Source of the DNA: Eledone cirrhosa
Lineage: Eukaryota
Direction: 5' to 3'
DNA: 64,000 bases
Assembly: GCA_964016885.1 (NCBI GenBank)
Contig: OZ024742.1
Coordinates: 21,018,001-21,082,000, forward strand
Shown: one piece after another, positions 1-13,873 of the stretch
Layout of the letters: every line of letters starts with the position of its first letter
Numbering within the stretch: position 1 is the stretch's first letter
The notes under the pieces: model-generated
Database searches by the model: none
Seen by the model: the letters and a program-made list of their open reading frames with translations, nothing else
Told to the model about the DNA's origin: nothing
Translations under genes and position numbers: made by a program

Positions 1-49
1 ATATATATATATATACATATATATATACATAGATATATATATATATATA

Positions 50-81
<32 letters not shown>

Positions 82-160
82 CATATATATACATATATAT
101 ATATACATATATATATATACAGGTATATATATACATATATATATACATATATATATATAC

Positions 161-191
<31 letters not shown>

Positions 192-223
192 CATATATAT
201 ACATACATATATATATATATATA

Positions 224-259
<36 letters not shown>

Positions 260-294
260 TATATATACATATATATATATACATATATATATAC

Positions 295-345
<51 letters not shown>

Positions 346-401
346 CATTTATATATATATATATACATACTTATATATATATATACATATATATATATAC
401 A

Positions 402-455
<54 letters not shown>

Positions 456-593
456 TATACATGTATATATATGTATAGTTATATATATATATACATATAT
501 ATATATATACATGTATATATATATATACTTATATATATATATATACATATATATATATACATGTATATATATACATATATATATTTATACATA

Positions 594-625
<32 letters not shown>

Positions 626-671
626 CATATATATATATACATGTATATATATACATATATATATTTATACA

Positions 672-703
<32 letters not shown>

Positions 704-736
704 CATATATATACATATATATACATATATATATAC

Positions 737-769
<33 letters not shown>

Positions 770-793
770 CATATATATACATATATATATATT

Positions 794-837
<44 letters not shown>

Positions 838-855
838 TATATACATATATATATA

Positions 856-884
<29 letters not shown>
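1..884. repeat. Compound (TA)n/(TACA)n microsatellite
   Basis: Directly visible; explains the YI-repeat pseudo-ORFs. Confidence 0.97.
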
Positions 885-891
<7 letters not shown>

Positions 892-1915
892 TAAACAAAT
901 AATGAATAAACAATTCCTTATATTAAACAAAAAAAGTTCATTATTTAACGATCGTTTCTAGGGTATATATGTGTTATAATTGGTATGCATATTCAACAGA
1001 TCTATGTACAAAATTATACAAAATTATACAAATTATCAAGATTAAATATACATACCTAACACATATATACGCCGTCTTCAGAAATAATGAAGTATATTTA
1101 TTGATAATAACAACAATTCAAAATATCAGTTCAAAATTGACCAATGAAAACACAAAGGGTTAAAAGCAGTTCGGTGTGTGTATATACATGTAAAATCCTT
1201 ACACATATTTTACAATAATGTGTGTATAATTTGTATGCGCATACTAAAAAGATGGATGCAAACACAAAATTTCAAGGTTAATATCTCTGTAAGCTTAATG
1301 CGCTGATAAGATGCGCATTGATACTTATGGAGTCAAGCATATAAATATATTTTTTCATACTCACACATATCAGTATAATCACACATACATGCGCGTATAT
1401 GCATAAATATACACACAACCACGAACATACAAACACACACACTCCCCCACTCACATTTATATATGTGGATATAAAATCATAAGCACATAGAAATTAAGTC
1501 ACTCACATAAAACACTGGCACACACATTTCAAGATCAAGATACAGAAATTAGGTGGGAGGGGGGGGGGGAGGGGTCAGTATTCAATTGTCTGAGCAGACT
1601 GCCTAATATAAATGTATCTATAAATTAAGAAAAATAAAAAAATAAAAACAATAAAATATAATAAATATAATATAATGTACATACACAAACAGATATATAT
1701 ACACACATACATACATGTACGCGCACATAGAGATATTTACGCATACACACATACACACATACATATACAGTCATACACACACATACACTTACACGAACAT
1801 ACACATACACATATAAAAAGATATATATATACACACACACACGCGCAACACATACACACATACACATATATATAAAAAATAGATAATAAAGATATATATC
1901 CATATATATATATAT

Positions 1916-1966
<51 letters not shown>

Positions 1967-2055
1967 TATACATATACATACACATACATCTAAATATACA
2001 TACACATACATACACACATACATGTACATACATGTACATACATATACGCACATCG

Positions 2056-2097
<42 letters not shown>

Positions 2098-3897
2098 TCA
2101 CATAGACATAAAGATACATACACACACAACTTACATACACACGTATATATATATATATATAGATGTACCTTCATACATAGAATTAGATATATAATCATAC
2201 ATACATATGCACCTACTTATACTCATATAAAGAATTTCTAACCTTTCTTCTAACCAAGATGTATTTGATAAAAATGCGACCTTTTATAATGAAGCTCTAG
2301 ATAGAAGTGGCCACAAAAATAGATTGGAGTATATACCTTCTACTAAAAATACTGAAAGCATACAGCATAATATTACCAACAAACACCAAATGAAAAGTAC
2401 ACACCTAAATGCCACCCACAATATACCCCAAAATACTAAATCTTCTAATATAAAGTATAGTAACCCTCAAAAAACTACTCATCATACAACTATAATAAAT
2501 ATTAATAATAAAACTCCTAATAAAAAAGATAAAACACCTAAATCTACAAATATAACTAAAAATAGTTGTGGTGAGATCATTAACATTAATCCTCCTAGTA
2601 AAAATCATGATACAACCTATAAAAATAATAAAAATAATAAACAACATAGAAACCGTAATAGACGAGTTACTTGGTATAATGCTCCTTTTAATTTACAAGT
2701 TAAGGATAATATTGCTAAAAAATTTTTTTATATCCTTGAGAAAAACTTCCCGCCAAACCACAAATACCATCAAATCTTAAATAGGTCTACAGTTAAATTC
2801 TCATACTCTACAACAAATAACATAAAACAAAATATAAGTGCATATAATGCATATAAATGTAAGAAAACCATAAGTATACCACCAGTACATCAAATTAACA
2901 ATAATATCTCCTCAAATACAGAATTAACGAAAGGATGTAACTGTAGAAACAAAACAAACTGCCCATTAAAAGGGAATTGTCTTGTTAACAACATAGTCTA
3001 TAAATGTAATGTTAAAACTAAAGATTCTATTTGCTCATATATAGGAGCTACCTCTAACAATTTTAAGACAAGGTTTAATACCCACAAACATAGTTTTAAA
3101 AATGCCGCACTGGCTAATACAACATCTCTAGCAGAAAAAATCAATAGTTATAAAAATAAGAATATAAAATATGATTTGACCTGGAGTGTGCTCAAAAGAG
3201 CCACCCCTTATCAAAATAATAGAAAGGAATGTAGATTATGTTCCCAAGAACTATTTGAAATAATGAAGTCTAAGGATATCTTATTAAATAAACGACAGGA
3301 ATTAATTATATCGTGTAATCATAAACTAAAAAAAACATTTAAATATTATAAACCTAATTAATAACATTATTCTAGAAATTAATTTAATTTAAATGTTAGT
3401 TAACCTATAAATTTAATTTAATTAATATTGTATTACAGATGAGAAAATATTATGTAATCATAAATTGTGAAAAACCTTTAAATATTACTAATATATACTT
3501 AGTAATTTAATTTATAGATTAATTTTAATTTATTTAAACCTTTTATTATAATTCTTTTACAGATAAAATATAACAAAATAATATCATGTATCCAATGACG
3601 GAGAAAGAATTTTTAGTATTATAGACCTAATTAATATACATTTTGGAAATATATTTATTATTTGGTTTTAGTTTTAATCAACCTAAAACTTTAATTTTAA
3701 TTTGCTTAAAATTAGTATCCTTATACAGACGAATTGCAGAATGTCATGTAATCATAGAATGGGATGTGTTTTGGATATATACCTAGTTAATATATTCTGT
3801 GCAATTTTTTGAAAAAGATATGTATATGTATATGTATATGTATATGTGTGTGTTGTGTATGTGTATCTGTATGTATGTATATGTGTGTATATATGTA

Positions 3898-3936
<39 letters not shown>

Positions 3937-5086
3937 ATATGTATGTATATGTGTATGTGTATGTATATGTATATGTATGCGTATTAATTTTGATTTCTAT
4001 TTGCATATAATTATATTATGCTATTGATGAAATACAATATCTGCTTTATGTATTGTATACCTAATTAACATATACTAATTAACGTATACTATTGAAATAA
4101 ATATATAATTTTTAATTTAGTTAACATATAATTTATATGCTACTACCGATGTAATACTTTATTTTATTTTTATTTGGGTTTCTTTTCCCTATTACTAAAT
4201 TCATCTCCTAATATTGATACCATAACGTTATTAACTTTAATTTAGTTATAATGTAATTAATAATCTACTACTGTTTGACTTCAAAATTCTGCTTCAAATA
4301 TTATAAACCTAACTAATTTACACCTTAGAAATCAATATGTTGACTATCTTTGGTTTAGTTAACATATGATTAATGGTATACTTATTTATTTTGAGATGCA
4401 TAGATTTCGTATTTCCTAGCACTGAAAATTTGTAAGAACATACATTGAATTAAGATACGGAAAATATTATATGTTTCTTGAAACATATATTTACTTTGAT
4501 CCCCTTCTCCAAACCCCCCCTTTCCCCCATACTATTATCATCTGTATTTGTAAGCGTCTATATATGAATATATATGTAGGTAGGTGTCTATATAGGTTTG
4601 GGTATTTATATCTAAATATAAAAATACATATATGAGCATGCAAATATGAATGTAAGATTGTGTGTGTATATATGATTGTACATACATATGTATGTATATA
4701 TATGTATATATATGTATTATATATGTATGTGTATGTGAATGTGTTGTATGTATATGTGTATGTATGTGTATATATGTGTATGTATGTGTATGCTTGTATA
4801 TATAGGAATATATATATGTGTATATATGTATGTATATGTATATGCGTGTATGTATGTATGTGTATGTGTGTTGTGTATATATATGTATGTCTCTCTATTT
4901 ATATGTTTATCTTCGTATCTATGTGATATATGTGTGTGTGTGTGCACGTATGCATATGTATGTGTTTGTGTGTGTTTGTATGTGTGTGTGTATATATGTG
5001 TATGTGCGCACACTCACATACACATATATATATATATATATGTGAGTGTGTATGTGTGTCTGTGTGTGTGTGTGTGTGTGTATGTG

Positions 5087-5124
<38 letters not shown>

Positions 5125-5593
5125 GATATATATATATATATATGTATAGGTGTCTATGTGTGAATATATGTCTTTATTCGTATGTGTGTATTTATGTATG
5201 TATATATTTATGTGTATGTATGTATGTGTATGTATGTATGTATATATATATATATATATATATGTATATGTATATATATATATGTATATTATTCTTTATT
5301 ATTATTGTAATATAACTTATGTGTATATGTGTATAAGTGAGGTTGTGTATGTATATATAATATGTGTATATATAAGAGTAATGAAATATATATATATATA
5401 TATATGTGCATGTCTGTTTTTTATGTGTGTGTATATATATATATGTATGTATATATATATATATATGTATACGTGTGTGTATATAGATATATATATATAT
5501 ATACATGTGGGTGTTTGTATGTGTATTTATGGTGGTATGAGTGTGTAGATATATATGTTTATATATATATATATATATATATATATGAGTCTA

Positions 5594-5650
<57 letters not shown>

Positions 5651-5970
5651 ATATATATGTGTGTGTGTGTATATGTGTGTGTGTATGTATGTGTGTATAT
5701 ATATATATCTCTATTAATGCGTGTGTGTATGTATATACATATGCCTTTTTATTATTATTTTCATTTGTATGTCTGAGTTTGGTGAGGTTGTATTGTTTTT
5801 TATGTATATACACATATATGAAAGCGTATGTATTTATTTATATGAGTATAAGTAGGTGCATATGTATGTATGATTATATATCTAATTCTATGTATGAAGG
5901 TACATCTATATATATATATATATACGTGTGTATGTAAGTTGTGTGTGTATGTATCTTTATGTCTATGTGA

Positions 5971-6020
<50 letters not shown>

Positions 6021-6109
6021 CGATGTGCGTATATGTATGTACATGTATGTACATGTATGTGTGTATGTATGTGTATGTATATTTAGATGTATGTGTATGT
6101 ATATGTATA

Positions 6110-6162
<53 letters not shown>

Positions 6163-7322
6163 ATATATATATATATGGATATATATCTTTATTATCTATT
6201 TTTTATATATATGTGTATGTGTGTATGTGTTGCGCGTGTGTGTGTGTATATATATATCTTTTTATATGTGTATGTGTATGTTCGTGTAAGTGTATGTGTG
6301 TGTATGACTGTATATGTATGTGTGTATGTGTGTATGCGTAAATATCTCTATGTGCGCGTACATGTATGTATGTGTGTATATATATCTGTATGTGTATGTA
6401 CATTATATTATATTTATTATATTTTATTGTTTTTATTTTTTTATTTTTCTTAATTTATAGATACATTTATATTAGGCAGTCTGCTCAGACAATTGAATAC
6501 TGACCCCTCCCCCCCTCCCACCTAATTTCTGTATCTTGATCTTGAAATGTGTGTGCCAGTGTTTTATGTGAGTGACTTAATTTCTATGTGCTTATGATTT
6601 TATATCCACATATATAAATGTGAGTGGGGGAGTGTGTGTGTTTGTATGTTCGTGGTTGTGTGTATATTTATGCATATACGCGCATGTATGTGTGATTATA
6701 CTGATATGTGTGAGTATGAAAAAATATATTTATATGCTTGACTCCATAAGTATCAATGCGCATCTTATCAGCGCATTAAGCTTACAGAGATATTAACCTT
6801 GAAATTTTGTGTTTGCATCCATCTTTTTAGTATGCGCATACAAATTATACACACATTATTGTAAAATATGTGTAAGGATTTTACATGTATATACACACAC
6901 CGAACTGCTTTTAACCCTTTGTGTTTTCATTGGTCAATTTTGAACTGATATTTTGAATTGTTGTTATTATCAATAAATATACTTCATTATTTCTGAAGAC
7001 GGCGTATATATGTGTTAGGTATGTATATTTAATCTTGATAATTTGTATAATTTTGTATAATTTTGTACATAGATCTGTTGAATATGCATACCAATTATAA
7101 CACATATATACCCTAGAAACGATCGTTAAATAATGAACTTTTTTTGTTTAATATAAGGAATTGTTTATTCATTATTTGTTTAATATTTTATCTTGACTCT
7201 GTATACCGTTTATCTTTCACCGAAAGTGGATTTTCATTACATCTCTTCTTTCCATGATATCCGGAATACATTGAGTTCTTCATACGGATTGGACACTACC
7301 GTAAACTCTTGGTAGATTTATC

Positions 7323-7325
<3 letters not shown>
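883..7325 (+). mobile_element. PLE family A insertion: inverted arm (883-2231), 5'-truncated ORF, about 4 kb low-complexity 3' region and a terminal tail (7192-7325), between (TA)n tracts
   Basis: 883-2231 is the reverse complement of 5837-7191 (the same 64-aa ORF appears at 969+ and 6911-). The left arm is fused directly to PLE coding sequence. Confidence 0.85.
2231..3361 (+). pseudogene. 5'-truncated PLE ORF (RT thumb/linker plus GIY-YIG endonuclease), Naiad-like
   Basis: Open frame from 2231 (RISNLSSNQ...YNEALDRSG), then WYNAPF, KNFPPNHKY..ILNRSTVKFSYS, CNCRNKTNCPLKGNC, IVYKC...YIGAT...FKTRF, CRLC, LLNKRQEL. Clade assignment is tentative. Confidence 0.88.
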
Positions 7326-7412
<87 letters not shown>

Positions 7413-7851
7413 TATATAAATATATTTATATATATATAAATATACATATACATATATATATATCTATAGAAGATTTGAATATTTCACTTTTTATATTTCT
7501 TTTTTTATGTTTCACTTTTTATACCATCGTTGCGAAACATATTTAGGTTTCGAAGTTCAAATTCATCTACGGAGAAGTTTTGTATTTTGAAATTTAAATT
7601 TTTCCAGGAATCACGGCTTTTGACAATATAAGCTTGTCTTTATTGACTTATATCGAGACAGCCAAATTGTATTCATTTTAATTAGTTTATTTCATTCTAG
7701 CTAACTTCGTCTTTTGCAATACAAACACGTATGTGTTTATCATATATTAATATATATTAACTTGTATTTCACTGCTCAGAAATGCTTCTTTCTATGAGCT
7801 AATTAATTGTAAATGACTTTGAGTTTAAACTCTAAATATAATATAATATAA

Positions 7852-8070
<219 letters not shown>

Positions 8071-8085
8071 ATACATATACATATA

Positions 8086-8117
<32 letters not shown>

Positions 8118-8124
8118 CATATAT

Positions 8125-9412
8125 AAGTTACACTGGGAGATCCTAGCTAGGGCTAGATCGTATAACGGAAATAAAAGACCATGTGACCTCTGCGCCGCTG
8201 AGGCCCTGGAAATACTCTACGCCACAGACAAAATCTTACACAAAAAATCTGAGGCAATTTCAGCTTGTAAACATAAGTTGCACAAAACTTTCCTGTATTA
8301 CAGCCCCACGTTATACCCTAACGGATAGCACGATCTATACGTGGATATTTTACGTCTTGATGTGGGAGCTAAGTATATGTTTTGTTTATTCCTTTACTTA
8401 TTTGCATAGGTAAGTATATATTACCCATTTGTTTTGTGAAGGTATGTATACCTTCTCGTACGTATATTTGACCGTTATGGCGTATCATTTTTACATATTC
8501 TGGTATTTAGGGTTTGGCTATATGTATACGGGTGTTTTGCGTCCGAGTGAGTATGCAGGTTCGTACGTATGGTGGGTGTGTGTCTACGTGTACTTCTTGT
8601 TTTAGTTGACTTGCGTCTCCGAACATTCGTGTATTTATATGTAGGTATGTGTGTGCGCTTGTTATATACGTATTTATTTACTTATATACGTTTATATAAT
8701 TATTTATTTATTTGTACACAAGCATACACACACACACATATTTATATGTGCGTGGTTTTGTATACCTATGGTAAGGTTTTGCGTATGCTTGTGTATGTAC
8801 GTATCTGTTTGCTTGTATGTATTTATTTGTTTCTGTTACTTCTGTATTGTATTTATTTACTTTGTTCTTAACTCTGTAGCGCAGATTCATTTGGTCTCCT
8901 AGTTAGAATTTTAGTCTACGACTTCTGCTATACCATTTACGTGGTTTTGTCTTTGTGTGCTTTTGTTCTCCACGCTCCACATATGACTTATTATCTTCGT
9001 TTTTTCGTTCATTGCCAGAGAACGTCTCTATGCACCACCTAAGAGAACATTAGTCTACGACCTCTTTTATACCATAAACGTGGTTTTGTCTTTGCGCGTA
9101 ATTGTTTTTCACCGCTCCTATTAATGATGTATTATTCGTTTTTCCCGTTCTTTGCCAGTGAACGTTACCACGAACCAAAGTATCGTCTTCCTGTCTTCCT
9201 CCGGTTGCAACGTTTTTTGAAATATCCAGTTCTGCGTTTACAGATTGACTTTGTTAGTTTCAGAAGATCCCGTTAAGGGTGAATGCAGCGATTCTTTGCT
9301 TAAACTTTAATCTGTTATTTTAATAAATATTTGCTCTACGGTTCTTATATATTTGATATATATTTTCCTTATCGAGCCCTCTTTGGATTTTAGTCTTCAA
9401 TTTTATTATTAT

Positions 9413-9418
<6 letters not shown>
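8125..9418 (+). mobile_element. PLE family B 3' fragment (endonuclease end, 3' UTR, terminal tail) in (TA)n
   Basis: Matches the reverse complement of 21210-22360 ([21 protein letters not shown]). Ends in a tail also seen at 23549-23628 and 41862-41950. Confidence 0.85.
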
Positions 9419-9484
<66 letters not shown>

Positions 9485-9489
<5 letters not shown>

Positions 9490-9702
9490 AACCAGTAAGA
9501 CCCCGACAGCTGAGCTCAAGCCGTTTCGACGGCTAATTCTGGACTAAAATTTAGTCCAGAAATTTAGTCCAGAATTAGCCGTCTAAACGGCTTGAGCCCA
9601 GCTGCCGGGGTCTTACTGGTTCCTATTACCCACTCTACTACCTCAAGTATTGAGTACTCTGGTGCGTTATGGTCCACCTGGTTCCTTACCACATCTCATT
9701 CG

Positions 9703-9703
<1 letters not shown>
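9485..9703 (+). mobile_element. Family D short fold-back element in (TA)n
   Basis: Inverted arms 9485-9545 and 9565-9625, then an approximately 80 nt tail. Related copies at 10254, 35146, 38040 and 46250. Confidence 0.8.
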
Positions 9704-9785
<82 letters not shown>

Positions 9786-9816
9786 AATATACATATATAT
9801 ATATATATCTCATTCG

Positions 9817-9913
<97 letters not shown>

Positions 9914-9964
9914 AATATACATATATATATATATATAAATATACATATATATATATCTCATTCG

Positions 9965-10023
<59 letters not shown>

Positions 10024-10049
10024 AATATACATATATATATATATTTACA

Positions 10050-10109
<60 letters not shown>

Positions 10110-10120
10110 CATATATAGAA

Positions 10121-10165
<45 letters not shown>

Positions 10166-10170
10166 TAGAA

Positions 10171-10226
<56 letters not shown>

Positions 10227-10253
10227 TAAATATACATACATATATATATATAT

Positions 10254-10344
10254 ATAGGAACGAGTAAGACCCACTCTACTACCCCAAGTATTGAGTACTT
10301 TGGTGCGTTATGGTCCACCTGGTTCATTACCACATTTCCTTCGT
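10254..10344 (+). mobile_element. Family D minimal copy (short inverted stub plus tail)
   Basis: ataggaacgagtaagaccc stub joined to the ccactctactacc...ttcgt tail. Confidence 0.75.
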
Positions 10345-10376
<32 letters not shown>

Positions 10377-10424
10377 TATATATATATATGTAATTTCTAA
10401 GTCTGTCTCAAGCTAGAAGGCAGG

Positions 10425-10620
10425 TTAAGCCGGTTCTCATCCCGATTTCATGACGTAAGACAACTGAGACTACGAGACTCCCCCACAAGACGCCAGTCAA
10501 TAGTAGGGATATATCTGCAACTATTGCTGGTACACATTTACAGCTGAGTATACTGGAGTAACGTGAAATAAAGTGTTTTACTCAGGTACAACCCACCCCA
10601 GCCCAGGAATAGAACCCACG
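10425..10620 (-). mobile_element. Second SINE family (Nin/Deu-domain-like), decayed
   Basis: ggtacacatttacagctgagtatactggagtaacgtgaaataaagtg motif with a reverse B-box-like end; related copy at about 61165-61400. Confidence 0.55.
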
Positions 10621-12681
10621 AGTGTTAGCCTGTGTGTGCATATGTGTGTGTATGTGTGACTTCATAAATACTTTTTCATCTAATCACATGTTCTAAAAAG
10701 AATACTTGTTACAATATAAGCACACTACATGATCATTGATCATTATAAAACTTTACATGTGTAATATCCTATTTGGCTGAACATCAATTCAACTAAGCTT
10801 TCTAAATATATACACTGAGATAGTTATCACAGTTTTTATTTATTCATTAATATTTTTCATAATTTCACCGAAACATAATTTATATACCATTTTTTAAAAG
10901 CTACTCTCCTTAATTCTTCTATATCTACGTGTCACATCATCATCAGTTTACTACAGTTGCCAAGTTTGTGTGTTATTTTTCTTTAGATTACAGCACATAT
11001 ATTGGTGAAACCAAAGCAATGATTATATTTAATCTCGTTACATTTAATGCTTTTACTACCAAATATTTTCTACACGTATTTGGATTATTTGCGATCATCA
11101 TGTTAAACACAAAACCTATTTTAGAAAAATAATATTTCCTTTTTATATTAATTTCATGTATATTTATAGATGCAGCAAGGTATCTCTCACAGTGCCTTAT
11201 GATGCGAGTTCAAATCTTACTGTGAATAACTTAATTTCCCTTTCCTCAAATTTGACTCGAGAAATAAAGTACAATTCAACTAATGTTATCTAATTTTCTC
11301 CCTTTTTCTGTTTGTCGTTCTCTCACAATTTCTGTCTGTATCTCTCTCCATCTCGGGCCTTCTCTGTATATAAACCTGTAGGTTGAGGAAGATAAAAAGG
11401 GGGAAGACGGGAACACCTACAAACGTGTTCCTGGTGTTGAGGGTTGTTCTATCCACGGAGTGTAAAACAACCCTGCAGTAACGTTTCCCTCCTATTCGGG
11501 ACTTCAATTGTTATTTTATTATATATAGTTTATTGTTAATTATTAATGTTAAAGTTATAAGATTTTTATGTAAAACCCCCGCCGTCACGTCTTGTAATGT
11601 CCCATTTGTGTACGCCCCTGTGGCAAATAAAGAAAGATATCTTTCTCTGTCTTCAATTGTATGTGTGTGTAGTTATCTCTTTCTCTCTCTCTCTTTCTCC
11701 CCCCTCTCTCTCTCGCCCCCCCCCCTCTCTCTGAATCGGTAATTCTGTGACGTGATATCGATCAAGATAAAACACTCGCAAACACCCTTTCTCCATAAAC
11801 TAAGAATGGGTGAGTAAGTTGTTGGCAACTTACTTCCGTCGAAAATTAAATATATTATACTTCCAATGATTCGTTAGAAAGGTGGTAATCATGAATCAAT
11901 GCATGTAAAAATAAAACAATGACTAAAACATTAGTTCTACCAATTGTGTACTATATTTGATCTAGTATTTCAAGAGATTCTTCGTAATGTTTTCTTGTAC
12001 GGAAAATGGAAATAATTTCCTCTGCCTCTTATTTCTTTCCCGTGTAACGTACTTTGCTTATTTTCTTACAAAATAGATTGGATACTCTTTCCACACGTTA
12101 GGCCTTTGGTTTCTTCTTTTGCAGCATAAAAAAGGTTTCCTTTTTTGCAGCATAAAAGTAAGTAGTTATAATCAGTATTGAAAGATTATATCGGTTTTTG
12201 TTTAGATTCTATCGTTTATTTCATTTAACTTGAATATGGTTTAGGTTATAGATTTTGTAGACTACCTTAAAAAAAACCCCACTATTTTTGGTGAGATAAT
12301 GCGAAGAATATTTTACATCTATATAGACAAGAATAATCCATTTCGAGAGACAATTAAATTAAAATTATAGACGTTATGCTAAAATAACTTATATTTTATT
12401 TTGTAGTAACACCTTTTATCAATATTGAAAACATCAATATCATCCAATATTCATGAATACTGTATCATTATTTTTTTGGCCAAATTGAATAAGTCTCTAA
12501 CCAGTCTTGTCTTTCTGAATTTTGTTCATAAACTGTAAAAGTATTTCAGGTAAAAACATTTATATAAAAAATTCCCAATATACACAGTGTCTCCCTCCCA
12601 CATGAAATTAACATCTCAAATATATATATATAAATATATATATGAAATATAAGAATCAAAGAACTGTTCAAAACATTATTG

Positions 12682-12728
12682 TGCTTACAGCTGTTTCCTC
12701 CAAACCGAGGTTTGGATTCTTCGGAGCA
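12682..12728 (-). ncRNA. Minimal type I hammerhead ribozyme, U4C core variant
   Basis: Minus strand: tgct CCGAAGA a tccaaac ctcg gtttgga g GAAAC AGCT GTA agca. Stems I and II pair; stem III loop is palindromic. Confidence 0.7.
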
Positions 12729-12892
12729 ATTTATTAATGCATGGACAGTTATATGACCTCCATTGAGCTACTTAACTTACTGGTAATAAGGTAGTAATAC
12801 ATTACTGCCTACCACTATTTAGGGTGTGTGTAAAATACTTACAACTGCTTAAGGTTTTGTGTTTACATAACCATAAATAGTATAACTAATAC

Positions 12893-12972
<80 letters not shown>

Positions 12973-13479
12973 TATTTCTCATTTATTTTTACCACGTTTT
13001 GAAGAAAATCCCACTTCACACAGAAGAGTCAGATTGGCGAAACATTGTTGTTGTCGATATTACAAAAAATATCGTTTTTAACTACAAGAAAAAGAATGAC
13101 AAACAAAACTAAAGAAACATGCAATGGAGGGGGGGGGGGTAAGTAGGAGAGAAGGGGCGTGTTGTTATTGGTCATCTTGAAAAGTGAAAATTTCCGAATG
13201 AGCTTAGTGTGTTGAGGAGTTATTGGAGGAAAAGTACACATCAAAGGAGAAAGGAAGTATGTGTATATATGTGTGTGGCTTTATGAGGTTATAGTAAGTT
13301 GTCAGGGTGTGCGGATCGTGATGTGCGTTAAAATAAATATAAATTATGTATATAAATTATATATATATATATATATTTATTTATTTATTCACAATTCAAC
13401 GGAAATCACGATCTTCATACCCTAAAATCATTGCAACGCCACCTTCCACAGACACACATACACACAGTCACAGACACAC

Positions 13480-13558
<79 letters not shown>

Positions 13559-13835
13559 ACTATACGTATTCATATATATTTATTTGTGTCCGTGTTGTTT
13601 GTCTGTGTGTAAATATATATAGTTATATATAGAATATAATTTTACATATAGCTTTTCACTCATTCTTTCTTTATTTCAATACAGTACATGTAAAGAAATA
13701 TCTAGAGAGAGCTGAAATTCTCCTCAAACTTTACATTGAGTTTCAGATTTCCGAACATTGAAAGGCAAAACATATTTCGGTATTAAGTACTCTTTTCTCC
13801 CACCCGTCAAACCCAATAGGATATATTCATGAATG

Positions 13836-13873
<38 letters not shown>

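Noticed and set aside
2930-3330. Possible selenocysteine recoding, as reported for some Naiad elements
   Set aside because: The cysteine motifs I checked in families A, B and C are ordinary Cys codons with no in-frame TGA.
883-7191. Foldback or DNA transposon with long terminal inverted repeats
   Set aside because: There is no transposase, the ends are asymmetric (tail on one side), and the enclosed ORF is a PLE endonuclease.
9255-9295. Family B hammerhead-like motif CAGAAGA-tccc-gttaa-ggg-tGAA(A)
   Set aside because: The core has A at U4 in all three copies, and I found no stem I or cleavage triplet.
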